Positions 1-11,183 of a stretch of 64,000 nt of DNA are shown here, one piece after another (the stretch's first letter is position 1; each line of letters begins with the position of its first letter). The translations under genes were made by a program, and so were the position numbers. Below the pieces are notes generated by a model. That model ran no database searches. It was not told the DNA's origin and saw nothing but the letters and a program-made list of their open reading frames with translations. Origin of the DNA: Chthonomonadales bacterium (GTDB taxonomy: Bacteria; Armatimonadota; Chthonomonadetes; Chthonomonadales; CAJBBX01); the NCBI GenBank assembly GCA_037443035.1, contig JBBIPC010000002.1, positions 32,001 to 96,000 on the forward strand, in the 5' to 3' direction.

Positions 1-1206
1 GTTGTACCGGCGTTCGAGCATGTTGACGACCCCAGCGAACTTGCTATCGAAGCTGCGTATCCGACCCCAGCGATTGCGGAACCGGACGGTAACGTTACCC
101 TCGAGGCCGTACATGAGCGCGTGGAACTGCTCCGGTGTGAGATCCCGGATGGGAGTATCCAGGCTGAAGCCCATCTCCTCCGCCACGCCGCCGAACAACC
201 CCAGAAGGTAGTCACCGTAGTTGGCGCCCGGTGTCTTCGGCATGACGGCCACAAGGGCTCCTTGCCGGATGCTGAGGGCTTTATTCGGTACGATCCGATC
301 CGGATCGAATTCCGTCTTGGTGCCGAGGCCGTGGCATTCGGGGCACGCGCCATACGGACTGTTGAACGAGAAGGTCCTGGGTGCGATTTCTTCCATGCTT
401 ATCCCGCACACAGAACAGGCGAACCGCTCCGAGAAAAGCATCTCGGACGCTGCCTCCGGCGGCTCCGGACTGCCAGGGGAGGGAAGCACCACCACTGCCA
501 CGCTTCCATCACCCTTCTTGAGCGCTGTCTCCAGAGAGTCTGCAAGCCGTCGTCCCATGTCGGGCCGCACAACAAGCCGATCCACCACGATATCAATCCA
601 GTGCTGCTTGTACCGCTCGAGCTCAGGCGGATCGTCCGTACTGAGGTCGTAGATCGTCCCGTCAATTCGGACCCGCGTATAGCCTTCCTTGCGGATGTCC
701 TCGATTTCCTTGCGGTACTCTCCCTTCCGTCCTTTCACGATGGGCGCGAGGATCTGCAGCCTGGTCCCCGCTGGGAGTTCCGTAATGCGGTCCACCATCT
801 GCTCGACTGTCTGTTGGGAGATCTCGCGACCACACTGAGGGCAGTGGGGATGGCCAATGCGCGCGAAGAGCAATCGCAGGTAATCGTAGACCTCGGTCAC
901 GGTGCCCACGGTCGAACGGGGATTGCGGCTGGTGGACTTCTGGTCTATAGCGACAGCCGGCGATAAGCCCTCGATGTAGTCCACGTCGGGCTTGTCCATC
1001 TGCCCCAGGAACTGGCGAGCATACGAGGAGAGGCTCTCGACATACCGCCTCTGTCCTTCGGCGTAAAGGGTATCGAAGGCCAGAGAGGACTTGCCGGAGC
1101 CGGAGATCCCTGTGATCACGATGAGCCGGTCGCGCGGCAGCTCGAGGTCTATGTTCTTGAGATTGTGCTGACGTGCGCCACGAATGACGATTCGGTCCTG
1201 GGGCAT
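1..1206 (-). CDS. uvrA: Excinuclease ABC subunit A (5' part; runs off window start)
   Basis: Not in the ORF track. Manual minus-strand translation from ATG 1206 gives [84 protein letters not shown], the UvrA N-terminal signature. GGAG RBS upstream. Confidence 0.97.
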   Translation of the reverse strand, partial: MPQDRIVIRGARQHNLKNIDLELPRDRLIVITGISGSGKSSLAFDTLYAEGQRRYVESLSSYARQFLGQMDKPDVDYIEGLSPAVAIDQKSTSRNPRSTVGTVTEVYDYLRLLFARIGHPHCPQCGREISQQTVEQMVDRITELPAGTRLQILAPIVKGRKGEYRKEIEDIRKEGYTRVRIDGTIYDLSTDDPPELERYKQHWIDIVVDRLVVRPDMGRRLADSLETALKKGDGSVAVVVLPSPGSPEPPEAASEMLFSERFACSVCGISMEEIAPRTFSFNSPYGACPECHGLGTKTEFDPDRIVPNKALSIRQGALVAVMPKTPGANYGDYLLGLFGGVAEEMGFSLDTPIRDLTPEQFHALMYGLEGNVTVRFRNRWGRIRSFDSKFAGVVNMLERRYN

Positions 1207-1320
1207 CCGGAAGCTCCTCCGCTCCTAGGGGACAAGCACCATCATTCTATCCGACGAGAGCCGTCGGTTGTGCGGCGCCAACGACGCTGGCTGGTAGCGC
1301 ACGGAGCTGGAAGCTGGGAA

Positions 1321-2061
1321 CTACTCCTCGTCTTCCTCGGGCTTCATGTTGGCCAGTATCTCCTGGGCGTTGAGCCGCCTGAGCACAGGCTCGTCGCCGA
1401 CCAGATGTCCATCCCGAAAACGAATGATCCGCTTGGCATGCATGGCGATGTCGCTTTCGTGTGTGACGAGGACGACCGTCTTTCCAGCGTCATTGAGCCG
1501 CTGGAAAATCGCCATGATCTCCTCGCCTGTCCGTGTGTCTAAGTTGCCCGTAGGCTCATCGCCGAAGATGATAGGTGGGTCGTTGACAAGGGCGCGGGCG
1601 ATGGCAACACGTTGTTGTTGCCCTCCAGACAGTTCGTTGGGCTTGTGATGGGCGCGATCGGCCAGGCCAACCGCCTCAAGAGCCCGCATGGCTGTCTGCT
1701 CTCGGTTCCGGGCACCATTGTAAAGTAGCGGAAGCTCGACGTTGTGGAGAGCCGATGTCCTAGGCAACAGGTTGAATGTCTGGAAGACGAAGCCGATCTT
1801 CTTGTTGCGTATCTCTGCGAGCTGGTTGTCGTTGAGCCTCGCCACCTCGACGCCGTCCAGGCGGTACGATCCAGACGTTGGCTTGTCCAGACAGCCAATG
1901 AGGTTCATGAAGGTGGACTTCCCAGATCCGGACGGCCCCATGATGGCCACGAACTCTCCGTGGTTCACCGTCAGGCTCACGTGCCGAAGCGCCCGCACCT
2001 CCATCTTGCCCATGCGGTAGGTCTTGCAGAGGTCAACGACCTCGATCAGTGGATTGCTCAT
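1321..2061 (-). CDS. ABC transporter ATP-binding protein, MacB/LolD family
   Basis: Walker [43 protein letters not shown]. Start set at MSNPLIEV. Confidence 0.93.
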   Translation of the reverse strand: MSNPLIEVVDLCKTYRMGKMEVRALRHVSLTVNHGEFVAIMGPSGSGKSTFMNLIGCLDKPTSGSYRLDGVEVARLNDNQLAEIRNKKIGFVFQTFNLLPRTSALHNVELPLLYNGARNREQTAMRALEAVGLADRAHHKPNELSGGQQQRVAIARALVNDPPIIFGDEPTGNLDTRTGEEIMAIFQRLNDAGKTVVLVTHESDIAMHAKRIIRFRDGHLVGDEPVLRRLNAQEILANMKPEEDEE

Positions 2062-2169
2062 CACGCGTGCGCGCGCTCCTTGCTGTACGCCGGATCGGGG
2101 CCGAGGCGCACTCGGCCCCGGAATCATCGTTCCTATAATCGTTGGTTCGTTCGAGGACGGACGTGGGAT

Positions 2170-2760
2170 CTACTTGGCCCGTTTCTCCAGATCCGCAATG
2201 AACTTATCGAGTCTCTGCTTCGCCTGTGCACGGATGCCTTCGAACGGCAGTGTATCTGGATTCAGCGGGTTGTAGTCCTTGGGATCGGGCATCTTGCTGA
2301 TGTCGAACCGGGGTCGCTGACCGCCGGCGGCGCCCGGACCACCGCCCATGCGGGCACCGCCGCCGAAGCCTGGTCCGCCCCGTCCGAACCGCGGTGCCGT
2401 TGCTATCTTCTTGAGCTGGACGTCCGTCAATGGAGCCGTCAGAGCCCGGTTGACTTTGAGTGCGTCCTCATCGCTCATGACTTTCTTCTTGCGCCAGGCT
2501 TTCAAGACCGGAAGGATCTTCTTCGCCTGATCCTTCGTTAGGGCGGTCTTCGGATCCGTTTCCAAAGTTCCGAACGCCATGACGGTCTGGCTGACAGCCG
2601 TGACGTTCCGGTGGTTGGCCCGCCACGTCTCCCACGCCTTGCGTTTCGCCTGAAGCTGCGCCTGCTGCTGCGGGGTCAGGTTGAAGGGATTCTGGGCACT
2701 GGCTGGTAGCGCTGCCAGGACCAGTCCGGATGCTGCTAGGAAAATGAGAGGTCGTTTCAC
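2170..2760 (-). CDS. Exported hypothetical protein with Gly-rich segment
   Basis: Signal peptide MKRPLIFLAASGLVLAALPASA. GGAGG RBS. Lies co-directionally inside the ABC operon. Confidence 0.75.
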   Translation of the reverse strand: MKRPLIFLAASGLVLAALPASAQNPFNLTPQQQAQLQAKRKAWETWRANHRNVTAVSQTVMAFGTLETDPKTALTKDQAKKILPVLKAWRKKKVMSDEDALKVNRALTAPLTDVQLKKIATAPRFGRGGPGFGGGARMGGGPGAAGGQRPRFDISKMPDPKDYNPLNPDTLPFEGIRAQAKQRLDKFIADLEKRAK

Positions 2761-2772
2761 GTCTTGTTCCTC

Positions 2773-3978
2773 CTATTCGTATCTCAGTGCCTCGATGGGG
2801 TTCAGATTGGATGCCTTCAGAGCAGGGTAGAAACCGAAGAACACTCCGACCAGCGCCGAGAAGCCGTACGCCAGGATGATGGCCGGAATACTGACGATGA
2901 CCTTCCATTCGTTGGCCTCGGCTACCACGCGCGATCCGACAACACCAAAGACCACTCCCAGAAGTCCGCCGACGAGGGACAGGAACATGGCCTCCAGGAG
3001 AAACTGCAGGAGGATGTTCCTGCGCTTTGCGCCGATGGCCTTCCGGATGCCGATCTCGCGAGTCCTCTCGGTGACCGACACCAACATGATGTTCATGATC
3101 CCGATGCCGCCCACGAGAAGCGACACGACTGCGAGATAGGTGATGAGCGCCGAGAAGGTGTCCTGCTGCTCGTTCTGGGTCTCTGCCAGATCTGCCTGGC
3201 TAAAAATGATGAAGTCCGCTGTACCACCCGTGGGGATCTTGTGACGCTTTCTCAGGACCGCGTCTATCTCATCCTGTGCCCGTACCATGAGGCTCTGGCT
3301 CCGGGCCTGGACCGTGATGTTCTGGACATTTTCCATACCAAACAGGCGGCGCATGGCGGTGGTGACGGGCACATAGACCATGTCATCGGGGTTACGGAAG
3401 CCCTGGCCACCTTTCTCCTTGAGCTTGCCAATGACTTGGTAGCTCGTGCCGTTGATGCGGATCGTCTTCCCGACCGGCGATTGTTGATCGAAGAGGTCCT
3501 TCGCGGTCGTGCTACCGAGCACAGCGACGCGTCGAAGCTGCTTGACCTCAGCGTCCCTGAAGTAGCGGCCTTCCTCTACGGGATGGTTGCTGATGACAGG
3601 ATAGTCCGGCCCGTTGCCGTTGATCGTCACCGATGTGTTGCGGTTCTTGTACTTCACCTGAGCTTGACGGTTCACCGCGGGGGAGACCTTGGAGACGGAC
3701 GGACACTCGCGCAGAATGGCCCTGGCATCATCCAGTGTCATCGTGTTCTGAGACCCGAACCCGAAGCTGATGCCCCCGCGGCGCTGCTGGCCGGGGAACA
3801 CCGTCATGACGTTGGTGCCCAGCCGCTGAATGCTCTCTGCCACAGCTTCCCGCGAGCCTTGACCGATGGCGATGGCGATGATGACTGCGCCGACGCCGAT
3901 GATCACCCCAAGCATCGTGAGGAAGGAGCGCAGCTTGTTGCTGGATAGCCCTCTCAGGGCCATGAGCACGGTTACCAT
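2773..3978 (-). CDS. ABC transporter permease, MacB/FtsX family
   Basis: RSFLTMLGVIIGV, GGIGIMNIMLVSVTERTREIGIRKAIGA, C-terminal PIEALRYE. Confidence 0.95.
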   Translation of the reverse strand: MVTVLMALRGLSSNKLRSFLTMLGVIIGVGAVIIAIAIGQGSREAVAESIQRLGTNVMTVFPGQQRRGGISFGFGSQNTMTLDDARAILRECPSVSKVSPAVNRQAQVKYKNRNTSVTINGNGPDYPVISNHPVEEGRYFRDAEVKQLRRVAVLGSTTAKDLFDQQSPVGKTIRINGTSYQVIGKLKEKGGQGFRNPDDMVYVPVTTAMRRLFGMENVQNITVQARSQSLMVRAQDEIDAVLRKRHKIPTGGTADFIIFSQADLAETQNEQQDTFSALITYLAVVSLLVGGIGIMNIMLVSVTERTREIGIRKAIGAKRRNILLQFLLEAMFLSLVGGLLGVVFGVVGSRVVAEANEWKVIVSIPAIILAYGFSALVGVFFGFYPALKASNLNPIEALRYE

Positions 3979-4029
3979 CTGCGATTCACCTGGCCTTGCC
4001 TACCAAACAGCACGCCCTAGCTTCCTCGC

Positions 4030-5817
4030 CTAGCGTATGCGGCCCGCGCCGCGCATGCCGCCCGGTCCTCCACCACCGAACGGGCTGCCGGCAGTCTCCG
4101 GTGCTGGCTCGATCTTCTGCACCACCACCATGTCGCCAGGCTTGACACCGTTGACGATCTCCGTCGTCTCGTTGCCTTCCAATCCAACCTCGATGGGCTG
4201 GCGCCTGACTTTCACATCCACAAGCAGGGATGGATCGGCAGGCTCGCCTGTCTTCGGGTCAGGAGGGGCCGGCCTACCTTTGTTCAAGGCGAGTTCCACA
4301 TACTGCCCCTGGTCGTCCGTCCGGATGGCTTCGTTGGGCACCATCACCACATCGTCCTTCTTCTGGCTCACGAACTCGCACGTGGCGTTCATGCCAGGCT
4401 TCAACAGGCGGAAGGAGACATCGCTGTTATCAATCTCCACGCGGACGTGCACCGTGGTTACGTTCTGCTCCACAACTGCCTGCGGGTCCACTCGGGACAC
4501 GGTGCCTCGGAAGGGCAGACTTGGATAGGCCTCGATGGTAACCTCGACCTCCTGTCCTTCGTCAACGTTGGCGATATCCGTCTCGTCTACGGTGACATCC
4601 ACGTACATGCGGGTAACGTCACCAAGCTGCAGAATGTTGTTGCCCGTTGCTGCGAACGACAGGGCAGATGAGATGATGGTCCCCTCCTCCACGTACTTGG
4701 TGAGAATGACGCCGTCCGCCGGAGCGCGCACAATGGTTTGATCGAGGGTGATCAGCGCGTTCGTAAGCGTCGCCTGCGAGCGTGCCTTGGAGGCGCGTGC
4801 TGTGTCTATGTCCAGCCGGCGGATGGGCACATTGGCTAGGTTGGCTCTCGCCTGGTTCAGGTTGGTCTCAGCCTGCGCGACGCTCGCCTCGGCCTGTCGG
4901 AAGGCAGCTTCGGCCTCCATGAGCGCCAGCTTGCGGTTCTGCACGTCTACTGCTTGGGCCTTAGCCGACGCCAGTTGGGCCTGGGCTTGGTTCACGCGGG
5001 CATCGGCTGCGTCTCTCTCAGCCTTCTGTTGAGCATCCAGGGTGCGGAGCTTCTCTGCCGCCGAAGCCACCTGAGCTACGGTCACGGCGTAGGACGCTTC
5101 TGCTGCATCCACCGTCTGTTTCGCCACGAACCCCTTCTCTAGGAGCGTACGGTAGCGCGCCAAATCGGCCGCACTCTTCTTTCGATTTGCCTCTGCCTGA
5201 TCCAGCGCCGACTGAGCAGACGCACGCTCTTGGGACTGGGTAGCATCCAACTGCTTCCGCTGCTGCAGAGCCGACTGCAGGTTGGCCTCGGCCTGCTCGA
5301 TAGCTGCTTGAGTCACGGCTGGCTGCGTGGTTGCGGTGTTGCGTGCACTGTCCAACCGCGCCTTGGCAGCTGCCCGCGATGCTCGCGCAGTGGCCAGTTG
5401 GGACTCCGCGGTCTGTATGGCCAGATCGCTGAGTTTCTTCTGCAGCACGTAGGTCTCCTCGTTCTGCTTCTCCCGCGCCTTGGCGGCCTCCACATCAGCG
5501 CGTGCGGTACCTACAGAGAGTTGTGTATCGCTGGGATCGATTTTCGCCAGGACCTGGCCCTTGGTAACGCGGCTGCCAATATCCACCAGGAGCGCATCCA
5601 CCCGTCCACCGGCCTTGGACTTGATGTCTACGGTGCGCCAGGGCTTGAGAACGCCCGTTGCCGAGACCGTCTTCTTGACGGTACCGATCTCCACCTGTCC
5701 CAACTTGTATTGGGTAAGCTGACTGGCCTTCGGTGCACGCAAGCGCGCCCAAGCCCACCAGCCACCGACCACGAGAACGGTCGCGATGATAGCGCCGACG
5801 ATGAAACGCTTGAGCAC
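4030..5817 (-). CDS. Efflux periplasmic adaptor (MacA/HlyD-like) with long coiled coil
   Basis: N-terminal TM, lipoyl half-motifs (VDIGSRVTKGQVLAKID; IVRAPADGVI), VDETDI, LKPGMNA. 1-nt overlap with the TolC stop. Confidence 0.9.
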   Translation of the reverse strand: MLKRFIVGAIIATVLVVGGWWAWARLRAPKASQLTQYKLGQVEIGTVKKTVSATGVLKPWRTVDIKSKAGGRVDALLVDIGSRVTKGQVLAKIDPSDTQLSVGTARADVEAAKAREKQNEETYVLQKKLSDLAIQTAESQLATARASRAAAKARLDSARNTATTQPAVTQAAIEQAEANLQSALQQRKQLDATQSQERASAQSALDQAEANRKKSAADLARYRTLLEKGFVAKQTVDAAEASYAVTVAQVASAAEKLRTLDAQQKAERDAADARVNQAQAQLASAKAQAVDVQNRKLALMEAEAAFRQAEASVAQAETNLNQARANLANVPIRRLDIDTARASKARSQATLTNALITLDQTIVRAPADGVILTKYVEEGTIISSALSFAATGNNILQLGDVTRMYVDVTVDETDIANVDEGQEVEVTIEAYPSLPFRGTVSRVDPQAVVEQNVTTVHVRVEIDNSDVSFRLLKPGMNATCEFVSQKKDDVVMVPNEAIRTDDQGQYVELALNKGRPAPPDPKTGEPADPSLLVDVKVRRQPIEVGLEGNETTEIVNGVKPGDMVVVQKIEPAPETAGSPFGGGGPGGMRGAGRIR

Positions 5818-7163
5818 TACGACTTGCCTCCTGTCCAGTAGGGATCGTTGTCACCGACCGCACGCTTGAGCCTTGCATCTGCCGTGTGGTAGTCGTACAG
5901 CGATTGGACGAGGTTCGTCTCGGCCTGAACTAGCTGAGCGCGTGCCGTGATGACATCCACCACTGTCTGCACGCCTTCTCGGTATCCAGCAGATGCTGCT
6001 TCGTAGTTGGCCTTGGCAGCCTCGACCGCGCTGCGCGCGGCACTGACACGTTGACGTGCTTCTTCCCTCGAGAGATACGCCTCCTCGACCGCCAGATGCA
6101 CCTCCTGCCGAGCCAGAGCGAGCTGCTGCTGCGATTGCTTCACGCTCTCTTCGGCAGACCGGACTCGCGCTCGCGACGCTCCACCATCGAAGAGAGGAAA
6201 GCTCAGAGACGCCAACAAGACGTTGTCAGAGCCGGGATCCGGGTCGAAACGGTAGCCGGCTGTGAGGTTCGCCTCCACAACCGGTCCGGCGTTGATTCGC
6301 GCGACACGGGCAGATGCCCTGTCGGCGTCGATGAGTGCAAGATCCCGTTTCAGGTCTGGCCGGTTGTCCAGGGCCCGCGTCACGAAGACGCTCACTGGTT
6401 CCGGCTTGGCCGTCTCATCTGGCCATGGCGGGGTGGTCTCGGCAGCCGTCACAGTCTCCGTGGTGTCCAGGCCGATGGCATTTCGCAGAGAGACTTCCGC
6501 AAGCCGGACGTCGTTGTTTGCCACGCTGAGCTGAACTAGGGCGTTCCTGTAGTCCGCTTCGGCTTGAAGCACATCTATCTGCCGGACGGTACCCGCCTCC
6601 GCGAAGGCTTTGGTCGCATCGTACGTGGTCTTCGCTCGCTCGACGGCTGTCTCCTGTACGCGGAGCAGCTCGCGCCGTCGGAGTAGCTCGTAATACGCCG
6701 TGGTGACGTTGAGAACGACCGTCTGACGGGTGTTTTGCAGGCTGTACACCGAAGCAGTCACAGAGCTTCGCGCTGCCGCGACTCCTGCCTCCCGCTTGCC
6801 CATGTCGAAGACAAGCTGATTCAGTGCCAGAGACGTCTCCGACCTCTCGGAGCGTGTGGTGGTTGTCAGGCCGCCTAGACGATACGAGCTACGACGACTG
6901 GTATAGTCGAGACTGGGCGTAAGCTGCGGGAAGTAGGATGAGCTGGTCTCGACCAGACGAGCCCGCGAGGAAGCTACCTGGCTGGCGGCCATTCGAACTT
7001 GCGGCTGGACCCGCAGCGCTAGCTCGATCGCCTCACTCAGCGTGAGCTTGCGCACCGCGGGCCTCTCCTGAGCGACGGAAGGAACTGACGCGCAAACGAC
7101 CGCCCAAAGAGCTGCGGTCGTCAACGAGAACCGTAACGTGTCTGGTATCATTCGTGATGCCAT
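5817..7163 (-). CDS. TolC-family outer membrane efflux protein
   Basis: LTLSEAIELAL, FPQLT, QLVFDMG, LSFPLFDGG, and a repeated OEP pattern. Start uncertain (7151-7205). Confidence 0.88.
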   Translation of the reverse strand: MASRMIPDTLRFSLTTAALWAVVCASVPSVAQERPAVRKLTLSEAIELALRVQPQVRMAASQVASSRARLVETSSSYFPQLTPSLDYTSRRSSYRLGGLTTTTRSERSETSLALNQLVFDMGKREAGVAAARSSVTASVYSLQNTRQTVVLNVTTAYYELLRRRELLRVQETAVERAKTTYDATKAFAEAGTVRQIDVLQAEADYRNALVQLSVANNDVRLAEVSLRNAIGLDTTETVTAAETTPPWPDETAKPEPVSVFVTRALDNRPDLKRDLALIDADRASARVARINAGPVVEANLTAGYRFDPDPGSDNVLLASLSFPLFDGGASRARVRSAEESVKQSQQQLALARQEVHLAVEEAYLSREEARQRVSAARSAVEAAKANYEAASAGYREGVQTVVDVITARAQLVQAETNLVQSLYDYHTADARLKRAVGDNDPYWTGGKS

Positions 7164-7340
7164 CCGGAAATGGCCACCTCCCCACATGAAGCCGGCTCCT
7201 CGCACCGAACGCTCACGGCGGACGTGCGGGAACCTTGTCAGGAATACGCACCCGGCATCGGTTCGTTTCGGCTAGTAACTATGACATTCTCGGCAGACGC
7301 TGGTAACACCTTCTGTCCCATGCCAGCCTGCGGACGCGCC

Positions 7341-7370
7341 TTGACCGGCGGCTTGGCACGGGGCTATAAT
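7341..7370 (+). promoter_or_regulatory. Sigma70-type promoter of the nuo operon
   Basis: TTGACC-N18-TATAAT, ending 44 nt before the nuoA ATG. Confidence 0.7.
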
Positions 7371-7414
7371 CGTTACCGTTTTGCGATGCAAAGGAACCAT
7401 CGAGTACTGAGCCC

Positions 7415-7768
7415 ATGTTAGCGTATCTTACGGCGGCGATGTTCACCGTGGCTGGCTTCGCCTTCGTTGCGTCGACGCTTATCCTCTCGCGCTTCCTGCG
7501 TCCGGCTGCACCGAACCCCGAGAAGCTCGAGACGTACGAGTGCGGGCCGCTCCCATTTGGCGATGCGTGGCAGCAGTTCAATATGCACTACTACCTTTTC
7601 GCCCTGTTGTTTGTCGTGTTCGAGGTGGAAGCCGCATTCCTCTACCCGTGGGCGTTGGCGTACAAGCAGGTGGGTCTGTACGCCGTTGTCGAGATGATCC
7701 TGTTCGTAGGGCTGCTGGCATTCGGATGGGCATACGCATGGCGCCGCGGCGCCTTGGAGTGGGAATGA
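7415..7768 (+). CDS. nuoA: NADH-quinone oxidoreductase subunit A
   Basis: [30 protein letters not shown]. Confidence 0.96.
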   Translation: MLAYLTAAMFTVAGFAFVASTLILSRFLRPAAPNPEKLETYECGPLPFGDAWQQFNMHYYLFALLFVVFEVEAAFLYPWALAYKQVGLYAVVEMILFVGLLAFGWAYAWRRGALEWE

Positions 7769-8322
7769 TGGCGCCCCGGCTGACGCAAGAGGAAGTAGAC
7801 AGCTGGCGCGTTCCCATTCCTGGTGGCTCCATTCTCATGGCACCCATAGACAGGCTGGCCCAATGGGCGCGCAGCAACTCCCTCTGGTCGCTGACGTTCG
7901 GCCTCTCGTGTTGCGCTATCGAGATGATGGCCACAGCAGCTTCCCGATACGATCTGGACCGGTTCGGCACGATCTTCCGAGCGACCCCCCGCCAGGCCGA
8001 TGTGATGATCGTCGCTGGTTGGGTATCGGTGAAAATGGCTCCGTTCATTCGCCGCCTCTACGACCAGATGCCGGAACCCAAGTACGTGATCGCCATGGGT
8101 GGATGCGCGTCCGCGGGTGGCCCGTATCGAGATAGCATTACCATCGTCAAGGGAGTGGATCGGTTCGTACCCGTGGACGTGTATGTCTACGGATGCCCAC
8201 CGAGACCGGAGAACCTGATCCATGGCATCCGACTCCTCCAGGAGAAGATACGGCAGGAGCACGCGCTCAGTCGGCGCGGCCAACGAACCGAGGGCCGAGA
8301 GCCCATCACGGTGGGTGGATAG
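7765..8322 (+). CDS. nuoB: NADH-quinone oxidoreductase subunit B
   Basis: [36 protein letters not shown] overlap with nuoA. Confidence 0.96.
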   Translation: MMAPRLTQEEVDSWRVPIPGGSILMAPIDRLAQWARSNSLWSLTFGLSCCAIEMMATAASRYDLDRFGTIFRATPRQADVMIVAGWVSVKMAPFIRRLYDQMPEPKYVIAMGGCASAGGPYRDSITIVKGVDRFVPVDVYVYGCPPRPENLIHGIRLLQEKIRQEHALSRRGQRTEGREPITVGG

Positions 8323-8328
8323 TAGGCA

Positions 8329-8862
8329 GTGGAAGAGCGGCCGGCGGCGAGCAGCGGGAGTACGCCTGATCTCACTCACGTCCTAGAGGCACTCCGCACA
8401 GCTGCGGGGGATGGTCTCGTGGCTGTGGATGTTGCCGCCGGAACTCTTCGCGTCGAGGTAGGCAGGGCAGGTCTGCACGCCGTCGCCTGCGTGCTCCGCG
8501 ATCATCCGGACTGTCTCCTGACCTATCCCGCCGACCTTTGCGCCACTGACACAGGCGACGCCATCGTTCTCTGGTATCGGCTCTGGAGTATGGCGCGCCG
8601 CATTACGGCGATCATTACCGTGAACTTGCCCCGCGAAACGCCAGAGGTCGTCACGCTCACGGATGTCTGGCCCGGTCTCGACTGGCACGAGCGAGAGACT
8701 TTCGATCTTTTCGGGGTGCACTTCGTCGGCCACCCGCGGGTCCAGGACCCTGCACGCATGCGGATCCTCTTACCAGAGGACTGGGTGGGGCATCCGTTCC
8801 GCAAGGATTACGAGCCTGTCTTCTCCGACGATCCTCTGCACGGGCCTCAGGAGACGAACTGA
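8329..8862 (+). CDS. nuoC: NADH-quinone oxidoreductase subunit C
   Basis: [18 protein letters not shown]...[17 protein letters not shown]. Confidence 0.94.
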   Translation: MEERPAASSGSTPDLTHVLEALRTAAGDGLVAVDVAAGTLRVEVGRAGLHAVACVLRDHPDCLLTYPADLCATDTGDAIVLWYRLWSMARRITAIITVNLPRETPEVVTLTDVWPGLDWHERETFDLFGVHFVGHPRVQDPARMRILLPEDWVGHPFRKDYEPVFSDDPLHGPQETN

Positions 8863-8877
8863 TGATGAGAAGCGGCT

Positions 8878-10056
8878 ATGTCGCCTGAGAAGGAGCCCGC
8901 CCTCGCGCAGTCAGTCTGCGGTCCCGAGTGCCTTCTGTCCAGGGAGCTGCCGGGTACCGACTCGATTGGTCAGAGCATGACCATCAACCTGGGTCCGCAG
9001 CACCCTTCGACCCATGGAGTGCTCAGGCTCCTCGTCGAGCTGGATGGAGAGTACGTCCGCTCATGCGATCCTGTCATTGGCTATCTCCATCGTGGCCTCG
9101 AGCGCATGCTTGCAGCCAGACCGTACCGCCAGACGATTCCGTTCACCGATCGGCTCGATTATCTGTCCTCCCTGAACTGCAACCTGGCCATCTCGCAGGC
9201 CATCGAGCGCTTGGCGAACATCGAGGTGCCGGAGCGCGCGCAGTATATTCGGGTGCTGCTCTGCGAGCTGAATCGCATTGCAAGCCATCTCGTCTTTCTC
9301 GGCACCTTCGCCAGTGACGTTGGCGCGACGAGTGTGCTCCTCTACGCGTTCCGCGAACGTGAACGGATTCTGGACCTGCTCGAGGCCATGACTGGCGCGC
9401 GACTGACCTACAACTGGATCCGACCTGGCGGTGTGCCAGCCGACCTGCCGGAAGGCTTCGAGGATGGTGTGCGCCGGTTTCTCCGGGTGTTTCTTCCGGA
9501 GCTGAATAGCTATGACAGGCTCTTGACGGGAAATGCGGTCTTCCGTATGCGCACGGAAGGCGTTGGCATCATCCCCACGCAATGCGCGCTTGCCTACGGC
9601 GCGTCGGGCCCGGTGGCGCGCGGTTCTGGCTTGGATTTCGATGTCCGCAAGACCGATCCGTACGAGGTCTACGAGCGGTTGGAGTTCGACGTACCCGTGT
9701 TTTCAGAAGGCGACTGCATGGCTCGCTACAGAGTCCGCATGGAGGAAATGCGCCAGAGCGCTCGCATCATCGAGCAGTGTCTGCGGGACATGCCGGATGG
9801 GGACATCAGTACGAAGCTTCCCAAGGTTTTCCGACCTCCCGCAGGAGAAGCGTATTCCCGTACGGAGTCGCCACGCGGAGAACTCAGCTTCTACATCCGG
9901 AGCAATGGCGGTCCGCAGCCGGAACGTGTGCACATCCGCGCCCCGTCGTTCGTCCATCTCAGCATGCTGCCTGAACTTCTTCGCGGTGTGAAACTGGCTG
10001 ATATCATCGCCATCCTTGGCAGTCTCGATCCAGTCATGGGAGAGGTGGACCGGTGA
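8878..10056 (+). CDS. nuoD: NADH-quinone oxidoreductase subunit D
   Basis: NLGPQHPSTHGVLRL, GYLHRGLE, DRLDY, ELNRIASHL, C-terminal GEVDR. Confidence 0.97.
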   Translation: MSPEKEPALAQSVCGPECLLSRELPGTDSIGQSMTINLGPQHPSTHGVLRLLVELDGEYVRSCDPVIGYLHRGLERMLAARPYRQTIPFTDRLDYLSSLNCNLAISQAIERLANIEVPERAQYIRVLLCELNRIASHLVFLGTFASDVGATSVLLYAFRERERILDLLEAMTGARLTYNWIRPGGVPADLPEGFEDGVRRFLRVFLPELNSYDRLLTGNAVFRMRTEGVGIIPTQCALAYGASGPVARGSGLDFDVRKTDPYEVYERLEFDVPVFSEGDCMARYRVRMEEMRQSARIIEQCLRDMPDGDISTKLPKVFRPPAGEAYSRTESPRGELSFYIRSNGGPQPERVHIRAPSFVHLSMLPELLRGVKLADIIAILGSLDPVMGEVDR

Positions 10057-11183
10057 CACAGCGTCCCGTGCGCGTCTATGCCACCTACCAGCGCGGCGAA
10101 GTCGTCGGGCAGGTTGCGGCGGCGCTGCTTATCGTAGTCGGAGTTCTAGCCCTGAGCGTCGCCGTCACCCACCTTCCGTGGTATCGGCTGGATCCTGTGC
10201 TGCAGTTCATAGGCCGCCATCCTGTCCTCAACGCGTTCGCGAAGGCCATGGTGGTGGCTGTTTTCGTGACGCTCCACGTGCTATTGCTGATATGGTGGGA
10301 GCGCAAGTTCGCTGGTTGGCTTCAAGCTCGGCTTGGGCCCAAGCATGTAGGCTGGAACGGCCTCATCCAAAGCGTGGCCGATGCGATCAAGCTTCTCGTC
10401 AAGGAAGACATCATTCCGTCGAAGGCCGACAAGGGCCTGTTCATCCTTGCACCGTTTCTAGTTTTCATGCCGACACTCCTGACCTTCATGCTGCTTCCAT
10501 TCAGCGCCACATGGGTCGGGTACAACTTCGACCTCGGGGCCCTTCTTGTGCTTGCGGTCACTACGAACGTGTCGCTCGGCATTTTGGCGGCGGGATGGGG
10601 CGCTAACAACAAGTACTCGCTCCTCGGCGGTGCTCGCGCCTGCGCACAGGTGCTGGCCTACGAGGTCCCCATGGCGGTGACTGTGCTTTCCATGGTAACG
10701 CTGGTCGGAAGCATGTCCCTCGTCGAGATTGTGAGACGTCAAACTCACGTGTGGAACATCGTATCCCACGCGCCCGTCGCCATTCCGGCGTTCGTCTTGC
10801 TGTTCATCTGCGGCCTGGCCGAGTTGAACCGCACACCCTTCGATCTCCCCGAGGCCGAGTCGGAGCTCGTGAGCGGGTTCCATACCGAGTACTCGGGCAT
10901 GCGTTTCGCTTTCTTCTATCTTGCAGAGTTCGCCAACAACTTCTTCATGGCCGGCTTCATCGTAGTGTTGTTCCTCGGTGGCTGGCTTGGGCCATGGTTC
11001 CCAGCGCCTGTTTGGTTCGTTCTCAAGACCATCGTTGTGGTCACCGCGATGATGTGGGTGCGATGGACCCTGCCAAGGTTCCGCGTTGACCAGATGATGG
11101 GTTTCTGCTGGAAAGGACTTGTACCGGCATCGCTGGCCGTTTTCTGTCTGACGGCGCTGTGGTCGGTATGGATGTCGCCATGA
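10053..11183 (+). CDS. nuoH: NADH-quinone oxidoreductase subunit H
   Basis: ERK...QARLGP, ADAIKLLVKED, NRTPFDLPEAESELVSGFHTEYSG. GTGA overlap. Confidence 0.96.
   Translation: MTQRPVRVYATYQRGEVVGQVAAALLIVVGVLALSVAVTHLPWYRLDPVLQFIGRHPVLNAFAKAMVVAVFVTLHVLLLIWWERKFAGWLQARLGPKHVGWNGLIQSVADAIKLLVKEDIIPSKADKGLFILAPFLVFMPTLLTFMLLPFSATWVGYNFDLGALLVLAVTTNVSLGILAAGWGANNKYSLLGGARACAQVLAYEVPMAVTVLSMVTLVGSMSLVEIVRRQTHVWNIVSHAPVAIPAFVLLFICGLAELNRTPFDLPEAESELVSGFHTEYSGMRFAFFYLAEFANNFFMAGFIVVLFLGGWLGPWFPAPVWFVLKTIVVVTAMMWVRWTLPRFRVDQMMGFCWKGLVPASLAVFCLTALWSVWMSP

Noticed and set aside
121..966. 281-aa plus-strand ORF
   Set aside because: Antisense shadow of uvrA, which the ORF track misses because it runs off the window.
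1207..1320. SOS box upstream of uvrA
   Set aside because: No GAAC-N4-GTTC or CTGT-N8-ACAG. Only a short CCGACG-N5-CGTCGG palindrome, too weak to call.
8878..10056. Group 4 [NiFe]-hydrogenase large subunit
   Set aside because: Lacks both Ni-binding CxxC motifs (has DRLDY and DPVMGEVDR), so it is NuoD.
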